DNA of 64,000 nt, taken from Macrostomum lignano. Taxonomy: Eukaryota. The translations under genes and the position numbers were made by a program. The stretch is from positions 1-64,000 of the forward strand of contig NIVC01000550.1 in NCBI GenBank assembly GCA_002269645.1, written 5' to 3'. Below, in pieces: positions 35,471 through 47,960 of the stretch (its first letter is position 1; every line of letters begins with the position of its first letter). The notes beneath the pieces are model-generated. The model did no database searches. It saw nothing but the letters and a program-made list of their open reading frames with translations, and was not told the DNA's origin.

Positions 35471-36570
35471 GCGCGCACAAAATTTAAATCATTTTAGCGC
35501 AGCAATGCATACGTCGCGAGCCGCCAAGCGCACTGAGCGCTCCGGGTCGAGTGGAGATGATCGCGACTTGGGATCAGAGCGGTACTGCTCGGCGCGAGAC
35601 GCACCCCCAATCGGCGCCGCAGCAGGCCAATTTGAGCGGCCAGCCGAGTCACATACGGTCCGCCGCATTCATCCTCGCCTGCGGTTAGGACAGCGGCCAA
35701 GGTCGCCCTCGCTGATGCACCTGCGGCGCTCAACACCACCTGAGAGAGGGCCGCCCGCTGCTCCACGCCGCCGCGCCTCCCCACGACGCAGAGGACAAAG
35801 GCGCCCACCCCCACCTCTAGTAGAGGTTATTGATCTGACGGCAGAGGATTCATCGCCCGTGGTGCGACGCCTCCAGACAGCAGGCCCTCTTGAGCAAACC
35901 CGCCGAGAGGACCGCGCAGTTGCCAGCCCAAGGCGCCATCACAGCCCGGCTTGAGCAACCGAAGTGTCGGAAGCTGGCCCAAACCCCAGCGGTGCCCTGG
36001 CTGCAGCGGCGACTGCTAGTTCGACGCCTACGCCAGACCTCCATCCCTGGCCCACCACGACCCGCATCAGCTGAGTGAACTTTGGGCTGGTGCCCGCGTC
36101 TCCTGGCCGCGACAGCCCGCCCTGGCTTCTGCCAATCCTGCGGCCTGGTGAGGCTCCCACTCGCGATGTTGGAGTCCAAACTGAGGAGGAGCCCCCAGAC
36201 ACGCCGTCGACATACACCTGGGCCGACCTGGCGGAGGAGCTCTGCGGCGCCTTCCCCATGGCACCCCCGAATTCTCCCGCAGGTACGGCCATGGCAGCAG
36301 CTGAGCAGGAGCCTGTCCCGGAGGACCCAATCGAGGCCGGCGCAGCTTTCCTAGCCTGATCTCATGAAGCCGACATGGGCCCGGCTGAGGGCTCTCGATG
36401 ACCAAGACCGGCAAGAGGCCGTTGACCAAGGTGCCGCCCTCGCCGCTGACGCTATCCAGAATCCGGAATTCCTGGTGATCCTGTGGAATGCGGCCTGGCT
36501 CGCCGTTTGGCGAATCTCCGGTCGAACCCCAGTGCTGCCCGAGAAGCTGGCCAGGTCCCGGAATTGCTGA
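35469..36570 (+). pseudogene. Extra (ORF3-like) Pro/Arg-rich reading frame between pol and the 3' LTR, disrupted
   Basis: ORFs 35274-35954, 35955-36074 and 36075-36359 share one frame, separated only by TGA stops. A frameshifted continuation runs 36364-36570. It has no env-like TM or Cys pattern. Confidence 0.45.
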
Positions 36571-37181
36571 ACGGCAAGTGCAACGCTATTGACTGCCCAA
36601 GCCGGACGGACTCTGATCTAATCACTTACTTCGTCTCATTTCAGGTGTGCTCGCCATTGGGTCGCCCGTCGCTAGGACGTGCCCACCCCCTTTATTTGAG
36701 GCTGCGCTGAACTTGGCCCTTATGTTGAACTGAAGCGCCAGTCGTGCGCAATTATCTTCTTTCCATTCTCCCTTTTGCATGCGTCATCCCCCGGGCTCTG
36801 CCAACTGACTCCCGGCATCCCACCAACATATTTAGGTGCCTTCGCTTATTTCAATAGTTGGGCCGGCGCCCCCGTCACTATTTCAGGAACTTATTATGGG
36901 GTCATCGCATTTAAAGGTTAAACCAATTTAAGATCCTTTACTTAACCTTACGACATTTCTTTCAGTCAATCCGGTCAAACGTTTATTAAGCCAACACCAC
37001 TTCATTCTTTACTACATTAATTCATTATTATTCATTCAATTATAGGTACAATCTTTGTTATTTTTTTGCCCTTTTAATAACGCCAAATATTTTACCGCGT
37101 GTCTTAAGTACAAATTTAACTTGTTCGTTTTAAATAAAGTGGCTACGCTTGCACTCCGCCTCATCATTTGAACAAAAAGAG

Positions 37182-38311
37182 TGAAGTGAGCACTAGTTTA
37201 GTGTTAGGTGCCCCCTTTGTCAGCTGTGCCCTGCGCCCTTCTGAGCTGTTGGCTGCCGCTGGCCACAGCTCTCCCTCTTGCTCTCCCTCTCTCCCTCCCC
37301 CTCTCTCCCTCTCCCGCTCCCTTCTCTCCCTTTCCTTCCCTCGTTGTCCTTTTGTCTGCCTGCGCTCCCTTTTGTCCCCCTTTTTCCGGTTCGTTTGCAT
37401 TCCCAGCGTCTGAGCTTCTCCGCTCAGCCTGTCCTTGATTCTTTGTCTGTCTGCGGATCACGTGCCCCGGCACTCTGTCCTTTTCTTGCGCAGCCTTGTG
37501 CAATCCTGGGTGTCAGTCTCTAAATTAGGAATAGCATCCTTGCCTCTCTGGCGGGGGCTCCAAACTTGTTTCTAAAAATAGAACTGAATCATGCCAGGCA
37601 GTGAGAGCGGCCTTGCGCACTCTGGCACAATGGGGTGTTGCACTGTATGGTGAAATCGGTCTGCTACCCTATATGTACGGGCTTCTTGTGCCTATGTTTG
37701 GCAACCTGCCTTTTTTCAATTCAACCCGTCTACCCGTCTCTTAGCTTTCTGCAACTTTGCTAAGTTGTAAGTCCAACGCACCTTGCGTTAGTCCTTCGCC
37801 AACTTGTCTGTCTTCTGATCTATCTTCAACTGTGTGTCTAAGTGAGTGCGGAACTCCCGACAGAACTAACCGATAACTAGCACAGTTCCTCATCCCTGCA
37901 CTTGAGCCTGGCAGGAACCGCTGACGAGTTGTGCACCAGTGTGAGCTGTCAAATCTGCATGGCGTGCTGAGTTCTCGTGTCTCGTTTTTTCGCTAAGCCC
38001 AGAGTCTTCCTCATCGAAGGACAAGATCCGAGCGAGCTGGTGGCAGCACTACCAACGCTACTAAGAATTGCTAGAAGGCTTCCTGGGAGAGTCTACCAAG
38101 AGCTCAAAGTAGGCAGCTCACGTGACTAACAGGGAAGTAGCTGGAACCAAATACTTCATTGGTGGCAGCAGTGGGATTCAAAGACCTACCTGGCCACCTC
38201 GAGGCAACCCCGAGAGACCAACAAATACTTCATTAGTGGCAGCGGTAGGATTCCAAGACCTATGGCTAGGCCACCTGAGACAAATAAGAAACCACCAACA
38301 ACAATACATCA
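37182..38311 (+). repeat. 3' LTR (1130 bp; lacks ~95 bp present in the 5' LTR)
   Basis: Aligns to 27881-29136 and is followed by the TSD TATG. Confidence 0.9.
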
Positions 38312-38315
38312 TATG

Positions 38316-39536
38316 TAGTTGGCGGTATTACACAAAACAGCTTAGTCCTTACGTTATAAATGTAAATTATATAGATATTAATTAAATGACAACAAAATTG
38401 TATAAAATATAAAATTTGAAAGAGCGCATAGGGTTTTTTTGCAGTTTCTATGTATGGACTAAAAACAGGTACCGTATGGCTAGATCTTATGGTAGGGCAC
38501 ACTACCATGTTTGGAACAGGTGACCTCACCATAATGACTCTCGCGTTCTATGTCACCCGATGCGCCGTCCCATGTCCCATCCCTCGCCCCATCTTTTGCC
38601 ATCGCGCGTAACTTTTTGTTATTTTCATTCCCGGCTTTGTTGTTGTCCGATGCCCCATCTTTCGTCCCATCTCCTGCCCCATCTTTCGCCTTCTTGCCCC
38701 GTCTGCTGCCCCATCCCCGTCCGGACGACATTGCTCCACTATTTATTAAAGCCATTTCGGGCTGCAAGTTTTTATTTCCCTTTCCCCTGCCTCCTACTTG
38801 TTCGTTTGTCCATTTTCCATTTCCATTCCACTTTGTGTACCCTCGTGTACTCGTCTGTTTAGTGTTTAGTTTCTTTTGTGCTTAAAGTTAAATTAGTACT
38901 TATTTAATCTCAATCTACTAGTTTGTTTAGTTAGTCGTTCGCACCCGGCACCAGCCGAAGATCAATCGTCTAAATTCAACTTTATTTTGCCAATTTACGT
39001 CTGCTAATACAACATCAATAAATAATATTAATTAAGTCTGTCCCGTTAACGAAGCCCATAGTAGTTTATCTTGAGTTATTTGCCCGTGGGGCGTTAAACA
39101 ACCAAATCGATCTCAACTCTAAGCGAGCTCTGAGATCCCAACGTTCCGTAATACGGATTAAATTACGGTGGTGGCAGCGCTACTCTATTGACAGTAATCA
39201 GCACGACAATTCAAAAGCAGATTTACGGTGTCTAGACCAATTGAGTCTACGGATCTGAATGACCGGCCCGCTATACGACCACTCCACTACGATTACAACT
39301 ACCCTCCCCTTAGACTTGAGGACCCGGCAGTCGGAGTATTTGGAGAAAACTTCGTTGAGTTTTGTCTGCGCAACATTTCCAGATTTAACTCGTGCAAACT
39401 CAACATCGGCGGAAATTCAAACGTGGAATCTGCCCAACTCATTGGTGACAACGAATCAAGTTCAAACCAAGTAAGCAACCAAATTACTTTCTCCCCCCTA
39501 CCTCAATCTCTGCTGCCACAAATTTTACAAATTTAA
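38316..39536 (+). mobile_element. Possible relic of a second LTR element (LTR 3' part, PBS, start of gag)
   Basis: AATAAA near 39018, then TTACG-G-TGGTGGCAGCG (39169-39179, tRNA-Leu-type PBS), then a short ORF 39228-39536. No pol or second LTR was found. Confidence 0.35.
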
Positions 39537-41278
39537 AAAATTGTTAGTACACATAAGCAAAACTTATTTGAGAAAGTTAGGCTTTTGATCCCAAAGTGTT
39601 GTAAAAGCAAATAAACTGTTTTAAAGTGTTAAGTTACACTTTTAAATGTCTTATAAGATATACATCTATATACCTAGAAAAAATTTTCTACGTGGTTTTA
39701 ATAGTTTTCTTCAAAAGAGTACTTTTGAAGAGTATTTTTTTGATCTGACATCATTCGTGGGCCTTTATATATTACCAATTCCAGAACCAGAATTGGGTCG
39801 GAATTCCAAGAAAAACAGCAGTATAACTATTAAACTCTGTTAATATTTGACTGCCTTAACAACCTAACTTAGCACAATTTTTCACTTTCTTCTTGGCGAT
39901 TGTCATTCAATAATAAAAACTTTATAGCACGTATCTCCTTCTAGTTATGGAGACAAAAAGTTATACTTCACAAATTGGTTCTGGTTCTGGAACCAGAGCA
40001 AGCAATATGAAAAGGCCCCGTATCTAATCTCGTAAGCAAAGCAATACTTAGTAATTTACCTTGACTAGGCTTAATTTAACAATTATTTCTAGCAACTAAA
40101 AATTAAATTATAAATACAAAGCCCATACTGGCTAAACAGGCTGCTTGCCTAAGCCAAATTACACTACACTGCACTACACTACTTACCTACCTTACCTACT
40201 CAGTCAAAAAATGTTTGGACAGACCTATTGTTGGTTATCAAGTCTTGCTTAGGCTTAGTAATCCTTATCAAACTAGTTTTCTTACTTCTTATCCGAGCCA
40301 TTCAAGGTACTAATAAGAACTTTTAAGGCTAAGTTTGAATTCCATGTCAATCTCCTAATAGTTGGAAATTGTAGGCCTAGGCCTAATACATTCCTTACTA
40401 GTTTTAGTGATAAGAGTAGACCTAGGCCATACCTTAAGCCATAAAAGAGAAAGTACATGAAAATTTTGGCTGACTAAATTGAAAGGGCAGTCTTGAATAT
40501 GAAAGATTCAACAAATTAACAAAAAAGGGCACAAATTAACAGTATAGCTTGCATATATAAATATAACATAAGTAACGTATATATGTGCCTTGTTCAAAGT
40601 CTGCAACAACAAGAGTTGGACAGTAATAGAAACAGCACTTGATAAAGCATTCAAAGACTAAAATAAACAAAAATTTTGGACAAAATGTTGTGCCCATTAG
40701 ATAAAATGTTGTACCTTTTGAACAAAATGTTGTGCCCCAAAAATTTTGGATAAAGTGTCCTAGATAAAATGTCTTTTGGACAAAATTTCATAGATTCTGG
40801 TCAAAATAGGCAATAAAATGGTGTAATTACCATTGGGAGTACGTTTAACTATTTGAAAACTAATTTTTATGCTTTCACTGTTAAATTTTTAATTTGATGC
40901 TTATTAGGCCTATAGATTTTTAAATGATAAAAAAATTGATTTGGAAATGCATGATTCTAATATTCAAATTGAGAGGGCTTAAGGCACTAATAATGAAAAT
41001 ATAAGCATTTTTTGTCTTCCCAAATACTATAGTTCTAAATATACATTATGCATAAAATATAAGAGATATTTTGTCTTGCATGGATATAGGTAGGCCTAGG
41101 TCAATTCAAACCACAATTTGTTACTTTTAGCAGTAGATGAGCATGAATAATGCTTTTGAGAGCAAAAGCTTGAGTAATTAGATTTAACATCACTTTCAAA
41201 AAAGCGCCTCTCAAAATGCAATTGCAGGTTGCTATAATTTTGAAAAGTTTTTTTACGAGCTCGCACATTCGTATTCGG

Positions 41279-41657
41279 GGGTCTCCCTAAAACACGCCCC
41301 GCACCGCCCTGCAGTGCTACACATTAAAACAAATTGGACTATAACTAAAGACACTTCAAAATGCGTTTTCTGTTAAGCTTCAAAGTTTTATTAAATTAAG
41401 TTTGTTTACTATGAAATATGAAATTCGGTGAATAATAAGTGATATTATTAATAATTTTAATAAAAAATTAATAATATAATTTTATAATGAAAACGAGAAT
41501 ATAAAAAATAATAACAATATTTATAATAATAATTAAAGATATTTATTCCATTACTCGTACAACAAATAGTTTTCTTTGCAATCAAATACTGCATTGACAA
41601 AAAATGTTATAATGTGTAGCGGTTCGGGGCGGTGCGGTGCGTGTTTTAGGGAGACCC
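41279..41657. mobile_element. Mutator-like MITE (379 bp)
   Basis: About 55-bp imperfect TIR GGGTCTCCCTAAAACACGC(C/A)CCGCACCGCCC..GCTACACATTA. The 9-bp flanks CGTATTCGG / TATATTCGG match at 7/9. Confidence 0.75.
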
Positions 41658-42009
41658 TATATTCGGCGTCTGGGTGCGTAGTGCATTACGGACAAACAAA
41701 TCTAAGCGTCTTGATATGTGCTATGGTATGTGGATTTAGAGGTGCCATTCATTTTGACGAAGGTTTACATGTATTTTGACGAAAGCAAGTTAACAACTAT
41801 CGTTCACTCACTAACAGAAAAAGCGCATCTTAGGCCCAATGCATATGATATGTTACATGTCTGGAAATGTACGAGCACGAGCACTTGTGTGCATTTTATT
41901 GTGTACTCAAAGCCGGGAATTTCGGAGAAAGCAAAGGGAGGGGGTGAGAGTAAATTTACATGCACATGTAATGAGAGAATATATGGAGAGGGGTTAGGAG
42001 ATCTCGATC

Positions 42010-42125
42010 TCTCTCACTCTCACTCTCTCTGTCTCACTCATTTCACACCCACTCCCACACTGACACACTCACTCTCACTCTTACTCACTCACTCACTCAC
42101 TCACTCACTCACTCACTCACTCTCT
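42010..42125. repeat. (CACT)n microsatellite
   Basis: Directly visible. Confidence 0.9.
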
Positions 42126-44409
42126 CGCTTTTAATTCATTTCTGAATTTCAGGCACTATAATAAATTATAGCATTTTTCACACATTTGATCTTTTGCCTC
42201 CGATTTTTAAATGCAAATATCCTTTACTCTCGCGCACTGCGGCAACTTTGCACAGGTACAGTGTGAGCTACATGTACATGCATTTTTTCGAAGGGTACTG
42301 ATCGATAAATACTGATTTTGACAATTCTGACATCTCTTCAAAATATACCAAACTTCTTGATACATTTAATGTAATAAATGTAATACAGAGATGCACGTAT
42401 GTGCATATAAGTGCAAGGTACATGTACATGTACACGTTATCCAATCTATCTGTGACATTTTTTCTAGCCGATCAGGAATTATCAATAGCAGTCAAATTTT
42501 TTCAGCTGAAATCACATTCAGCGTTATGCAAAAAGGAAGTATTTGCGAAATCAAAAAGCCGTTTTTAAAGCACAAACTGTGGTCTTAGCTTTGCCGCTCG
42601 CAAATAAGTATTGCGGTGTGATGTGCTCCGTTTATATTTCGGGAGTCCATGCGGTGGAGATGCTTGAATTAGGTGAAAAATCTGCAAACTTGAAGATATC
42701 AGTGGATAGGGCAGATCGAAGGGAGATTTGCGAACAAATTGTTAGAAAACAATGGTTGCATACTTTTGCAAAATGCTTGCATTCATCTGTTAGTACAGTT
42801 GTAGCTAGTATCGGACATGCGAAATATGCAAAATACCATAAGATCGGACCAATGGCACAATCATTTTTTTATTTTAGATAGACTTCTTTTAGTCCCATCA
42901 AAGTTTGCATGTACTTCTGAGGTCATGACCTCATGCTCATGCTGTACTTGGCAGATCCAGGTTTTCGCTCCGGGGACCTCGCTTGGTTGCACTATTACAC
43001 ATGGGAACACCAACTGCAATGTAGATGCCACGCCCACATACGCTCGTACGTTGCTCAGAATTTAATTGAATTCAATCTGATCACACTATATTGAATACCC
43101 GCAGCTATTTTGGAATCATTTGATAGCTATATCTCTAACGCCGGCCCCTCGTAAAAAATCCGTTACTATCCAAATATTTTTTGTACCCTCCTTTTGAATT
43201 CAGTACATTAATTGGAACTCACAGTTATATATACAAACAGTTTTTTTAAGCTCGACTCGAGTCCATGCAGTTCAGGGGTTGCACCCAGAGGGGGAGGGGT
43301 CAAGGGAGGAAAATTCCGGGGTCTGCCCCCTCTTGCCAGTGCCACCTCTCTCCGTAACAACCCCCGCCTAAAATTTTTTGAGTGCGCCCCTCGTTCCGTT
43401 CAAGATTTATGGTTTGGTATTTTAAAAATGCACGGCCGTTGCATGTAGCCTATAAGCGATGAATTTCAGAACCTATAAGAGATAACAAGTTAAGTACAGC
43501 TGTTTTTGTTACCATACGATCTATTCGTGGTAACTGGGTGGAGAGTATTTGCTTCCTGTCTTGATTTAATAAGAACCCTGAGACAGTTGGCTAACCAAGC
43601 CAGCTGTCAATGCATTCATTCTAAAAAAGTGATAAATTTTTGTTACCTTGCCTGACAATATGCTATTGCTGGAGTAGCTAATTTATGATAGTGTTATGCA
43701 AAGCTGGAAAAGAAGTCGCTTTGATTTAAACTATCAGAAGTATATCGATGCAGGAGAGACAAAGATGTAGTAGAGACTCGTAGAGAGGGATCACAAACAG
43801 AGATGGGGTCGTGTATTGAAATTAAATTTGAACTTTTTTGCGCAAGCTATTCTGTGTGCAGTTTTAAACAGTGATTATGCAATCTAGTAGTTCTACCTCA
43901 TTAGTACATGCAGATAATAGTAATTTTAGCATATTATTAGAGATTTAGTATATTTAGACTAGAGCGCTATGGACAAGCAAACATGCAAATCTTAGAGATT
44001 TAGTATATTTAGATTGTGAAGTTTGAAAAAAATCGGTTCAGGCATTCAGGCTGTGGACTGGAATACCGGTCAGACAGACCTTAGAGATTTTAAGAAAATC
44101 GGTCAAGGACAGTGAGCTCTAGAGCTTTATGGACAAGCAAGCAAGCAAGCAAACAAACCTTAGAGATTTAGCATATTTGGATTAGAGATTACGTATAAAT
44201 AAGTGCCACATTGAGTTCGGGCTCGAGATGACCTATGGAGCTGGCAGCACATTTCGCTTTAAGCACGGTGTAAAAGTTTAAGATCTTGTTATTCGCGCTC
44301 ACAAGCCAAATGTGCCCCCGCCTCCACAATCCAGCAAGGGGTGCAGTAAAATAAAACTGGAGGGGCAGTAGATAAGATGCAAGCAAATTTAGCGAATACG
44401 CAGATTTTT

Positions 44410-44870
44410 TCTTTTTTACCTGTGGGCCGCATATGGACTGAAATAAAAGTGCAGAATGTAATGGCATGCGAAAAATGATGGCATTTAGAAGGTAATAATT
44501 AATAGCTTTACCTGTGCGCCGCATATGGACTGAAATAAAAGTGCAGAATGTAATGGCATGCGAAAAATGATGGCATTTAGAAGGTAATAATTAATAGCTT
44601 TAGCTACCTGTGCACCGCATATGGACTGAAATAAAAGTGCAGAATGTAATGGCATGCGAAAAATGATGGCATTTACCAGTAGAAGGTAATAATTAATAGC
44701 TTTAGCTACCTGTGCACCGCATATGGACTGAAATAAAAGTGCAGAATGTAATGGCATGCGAAAAATGATGGCATTTACCAGTAGAAGGTAATAATTAATA
44801 GCTTTAGCTACCTGTGCACCGCATATGGACTGAAATAAAAGTGCAGAGTATAATGGCATGCGAAAAATGA
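44410..44870. repeat. ~96-102-bp tandem repeat, about 4.5 copies
   Basis: Repeated CCGCATATGGACTGAAATAAAAGTGCAGAATGTAATGGCATGCGAAAAATGATGGCATTT. Confidence 0.93.
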
Positions 44871-44986
44871 TAATGAGGGAGCTATTTGCTAAGCAAGCAA
44901 TGAATTGAGATTTATAACTCGATTTAAGTAAAATGGTTAATTATTAAAAGTTGCCACTTGAATCAGGCAAAACGGAGAGATCGCGA

Positions 44987-46719
44987 TCAATTCTGCTGCG
45001 CATCATCCTCGCCCTCTTGCTGCCATCCAGGTTGCGCATGAATATGGCTGCAGGCCCGGAGAAATGCAGCAATCGACATAGTGCCCTCTCTCAGGTGTCG
45101 GCAGAATGTCTCAAAGCAGACATTCACTCGCGCGTACCTAGCATGTACTTGCTGGTGGTGCGTGACAGCTTGGCCTTGATGAACTTGCTGCAGCAGACGT
45201 TGCACCCGCTCTGCATCACGCTGAAGCAGGGTCAGCAGAAGATAGAAATTAAGCGCTTTCTCTCCACGCTTGTTGAGCTGCGCGTGCCAAGCCTCCACGG
45301 CATTGTTCGTCCTTGTGAACCGCTCAAAGACGCAAATGGCATCCCGGTCCCACACAGGGTGCTGTAGCCATGCAGGTTGCACGCACGTATTCCGTTAGCT
45401 CTAGAAGGCGCTGATTCTCTCCTGCCATTGCAGTGCAGGCTGCAAGGCCATCTAGCATGCAAGGAGCCGGCAGACAAGGAATCGAAAGCAGCATGCGTAC
45501 TAATAACTTTACCGCAGGGGAAGTCGCATACTGCACCTGCAATCCAAGAGACTGGACTCGCCTGAAAACAGCCTGGCAGTAATGAAAAAAGCAGCCACGA
45601 ACTTGGGCTGCTGGATAAACTAGCCGAATGGCTTGCCAGGCGGCCGACTCAAAGTCGCAGATAAATTGGACAGGTGCATTACCAGTCAACTCCCATACCT
45701 GCCGGAAGCAGGCTTGGTAGTCAGCCTGAGCCTTACCTGACATCAGAAAGAATGCCAGTGGTACCAGACGCTCTTGATTGTCGCAGCGAATGGCTCCATG
45801 AAGGCTGTACAGCTGCATGAAAGGCGCCTTGACAATGCCGAATGTGCCATCGCAGTGCAGAATGCGTCGTGTGGACAGGATCTCCCGTTGTGTCGCAGAC
45901 ATGAAGACAAAGTGCCGTCCATTTGTCTCTGGCACAGTAACGGCACAGTTCTTGGGGGAGCTCTCTTACTTTCTCCTCAGTGATGATGCGAGCAGATTTG
46001 AATGGCGCTCGCTTTGCTTCCGTTTTTACCTGAGCTGCAATACGTCGTTTTTTAACTGGCTGATCGACTGGATCGCAGGTGTGCTCTTTCAAGGCTTCAA
46101 TGGTTCCGTCTTGTCGCTTGACGGCTGAGCCCAGGCATTTCGGTGCAGTTTTGTTGCAACGGTAGTAAGTGTTGCCGTTTCACCGGCTCTTGACATGCAT
46201 CAAGCGGCCAAGATCACGCCTGACGTACTGCACCAGCAAGTCTTTGCCGTGGCTGAATCCAGCACCTGGAAAATGCTCAAAAGCCTGCGGAGGTGGGCTA
46301 CGAGGCGGCGCCAACTCTGCTGGAGGCTTGTGAATTGATTCTTCGAGCACAGGTTCAGCGTCAGCGAAATCGGGATACTGAAATAAAAACCTCTCTTCCA
46401 CTTCTACATGAGGGACTGGAAGCAATGGCTCCTCTTGATCAATAGGCTCACCACCTGGTCCTGATCCTGGAAAGGTTGGCGGCACAGTAGCTGCTGGGGC
46501 AGCTGAGGGTGCAGATGAAGGCACACCTGTAGTTGGCCTAAGGCATCGGTTGCACAGCCAGAAAAACTCGCGTACACGTTTCATCGCAGCGTACTGCTCC
46601 GGTGTAACGCGACTGTTACACGCACGATGCTGCCATTCGCTACACTGCGAGCATTCAATAGCTTCCTCTCCATTGACAACAGGCTGTACACACACTACAC
46701 ATGGGTATGCACCTGCCAT
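44987..46719 (-). pseudogene. MULE (Mutator) transposase with N-terminal PHD finger and FLYWCH zinc finger; 1 stop + 2 frameshifts
   Basis: PHD: CVVC..AIECSQCSEWQHRAC..WLCNRC. FLYWCH: TYYRCNK..KC..KEHTC (after the TGA at 46180-46182). MULE: LHCDGTF..QLYSLH..VPLAFFLM..FICDFE..RGCFFHYCQAV. Catalytic E region: RTNNAVEAWH. TIRs were not identified. Confidence 0.88.
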
Positions 46720-46979
46720 TTTAATGATATTTCTTGATCAAAAACTATTTAAGCTCCGATATCAGAAAACCAGTTTTTATTATATAGATATGCTAATCTA
46801 ATACAGTTATACATAAACAGAAAATTCAAAATTCGGGGCCCGTATCAGTGGGGGGGGGATAACTGCTATTTGATGAGCGCCCAGCCAATGAGAGTTCTGG
46901 AATTTTTGGAAGAGCGATCAATCCACTGCCAAAAATTTATTTCCACTGCCAAAAATTTTATGGTAAAAATCACTGTTTC

Positions 46980-47960
46980 TTACCCACTGTTTCACCCACT
47001 GTTTCACCCACTGTTTCACCCACTGTTTCACCCACTGTTTCACCCACTGTTTCACCCACTGTTCCACCCACTATTTCTCACCCATTGTTTCTCGGAGAGT
47101 GGATAGAGAGTGAGAGTGGAGAGAGGGTGAGAGTTGAAAGAGAGGCTGAAAGTGGAGAGAGGGTGAGAGTTGAAAGAGACTGAGAGTAGAGGCTGAGAGT
47201 AAAGAGAGGCTGAAAGTGGAGAGAGGGTGAGAGTGGAGGGAGGGTGAGAGTGGAGAGAGGGTGAGAGTGGAGAGAGGGTGAGAGTGGAGAGAGGGTGAGA
47301 GTGGAGGGAGGGTGAGAGTGGAGGGAGGGTGAGAGTGGAGGGAGGGTGAGAGTGGAGAGAGGGTGAGAGTGGAGAGAGTGTGAGAGAATTAAAGAGAGAC
47401 CTCGAGCAGCGGTGTCGGAAAATATTTCAAAGTGGGGGGGGGCTGTTGTTGGGAGGGCACATTGCACATAATTTCTTTTAATCTAAGGGCACCCAAACTC
47501 CTGATGTTAGCTATATCAGTTTGTGAAATTGTCCTCTCCTCTCCTCTCCTCACCTATCTCCTCTCCTCTCCTCTCCTCTCCTCTCCTCTCCTCTCCTCTC
47601 CTCTCCTCTCCTCTCCTCTCCTCTCCTCACCTATCTCCTCTCCTCTCCTCTCCTCTCCTCTCTCCTCTCCTCTCCACTCTTCTCTGTTCACTCCTCTCCT
47701 CTCTCTTCTCTTATCATCTCTCCTCTCTTATCATCTCCTCTCCTCTCTTAGCTCGTATCAGCTCTCATCTCCCTTTTCCTCTCCATTCTCTTCTCCCTTC
47801 CCTCGTTCTCTCCTCTCTCTTATATCTCGACTCTCCTTATTCATCTCCCCTCTCCTATTTTATCTCTTTTCTCGTCTACTCTCTTCTCCTTTATTCCTTA
47901 GCCTCTCCTCTCTCCTACGCTCGTACTCGTATAGTTCTCTTCTCTATTCCCTATCCTCTC
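46980..47960. repeat. Cluster of simple repeats: 12-bp CCCACTGTTTCA (46980-47075), AG-rich GGGTGAGAGTGGAGAGA (47095-47385), (CTCTC)n (47530-47960)
   Basis: Directly visible. Confidence 0.9.

Larger units (their letters stand above)
27881..38311 (+). mobile_element. Full-length but decayed Ty3/Gypsy LTR retrotransposon
   Basis: Two LTRs starting TGAAGTGAGC and ending CAATACATCA. The 4-bp TSD TATG is at 27877-27880 and 38312-38315. Domain order is gag-PR-RT-RH-IN. Confidence 0.93.

Noticed and set aside
42170-42590. Weak inverted similarity suggesting a MITE
   Set aside because: Alignment too poor and no TSD.
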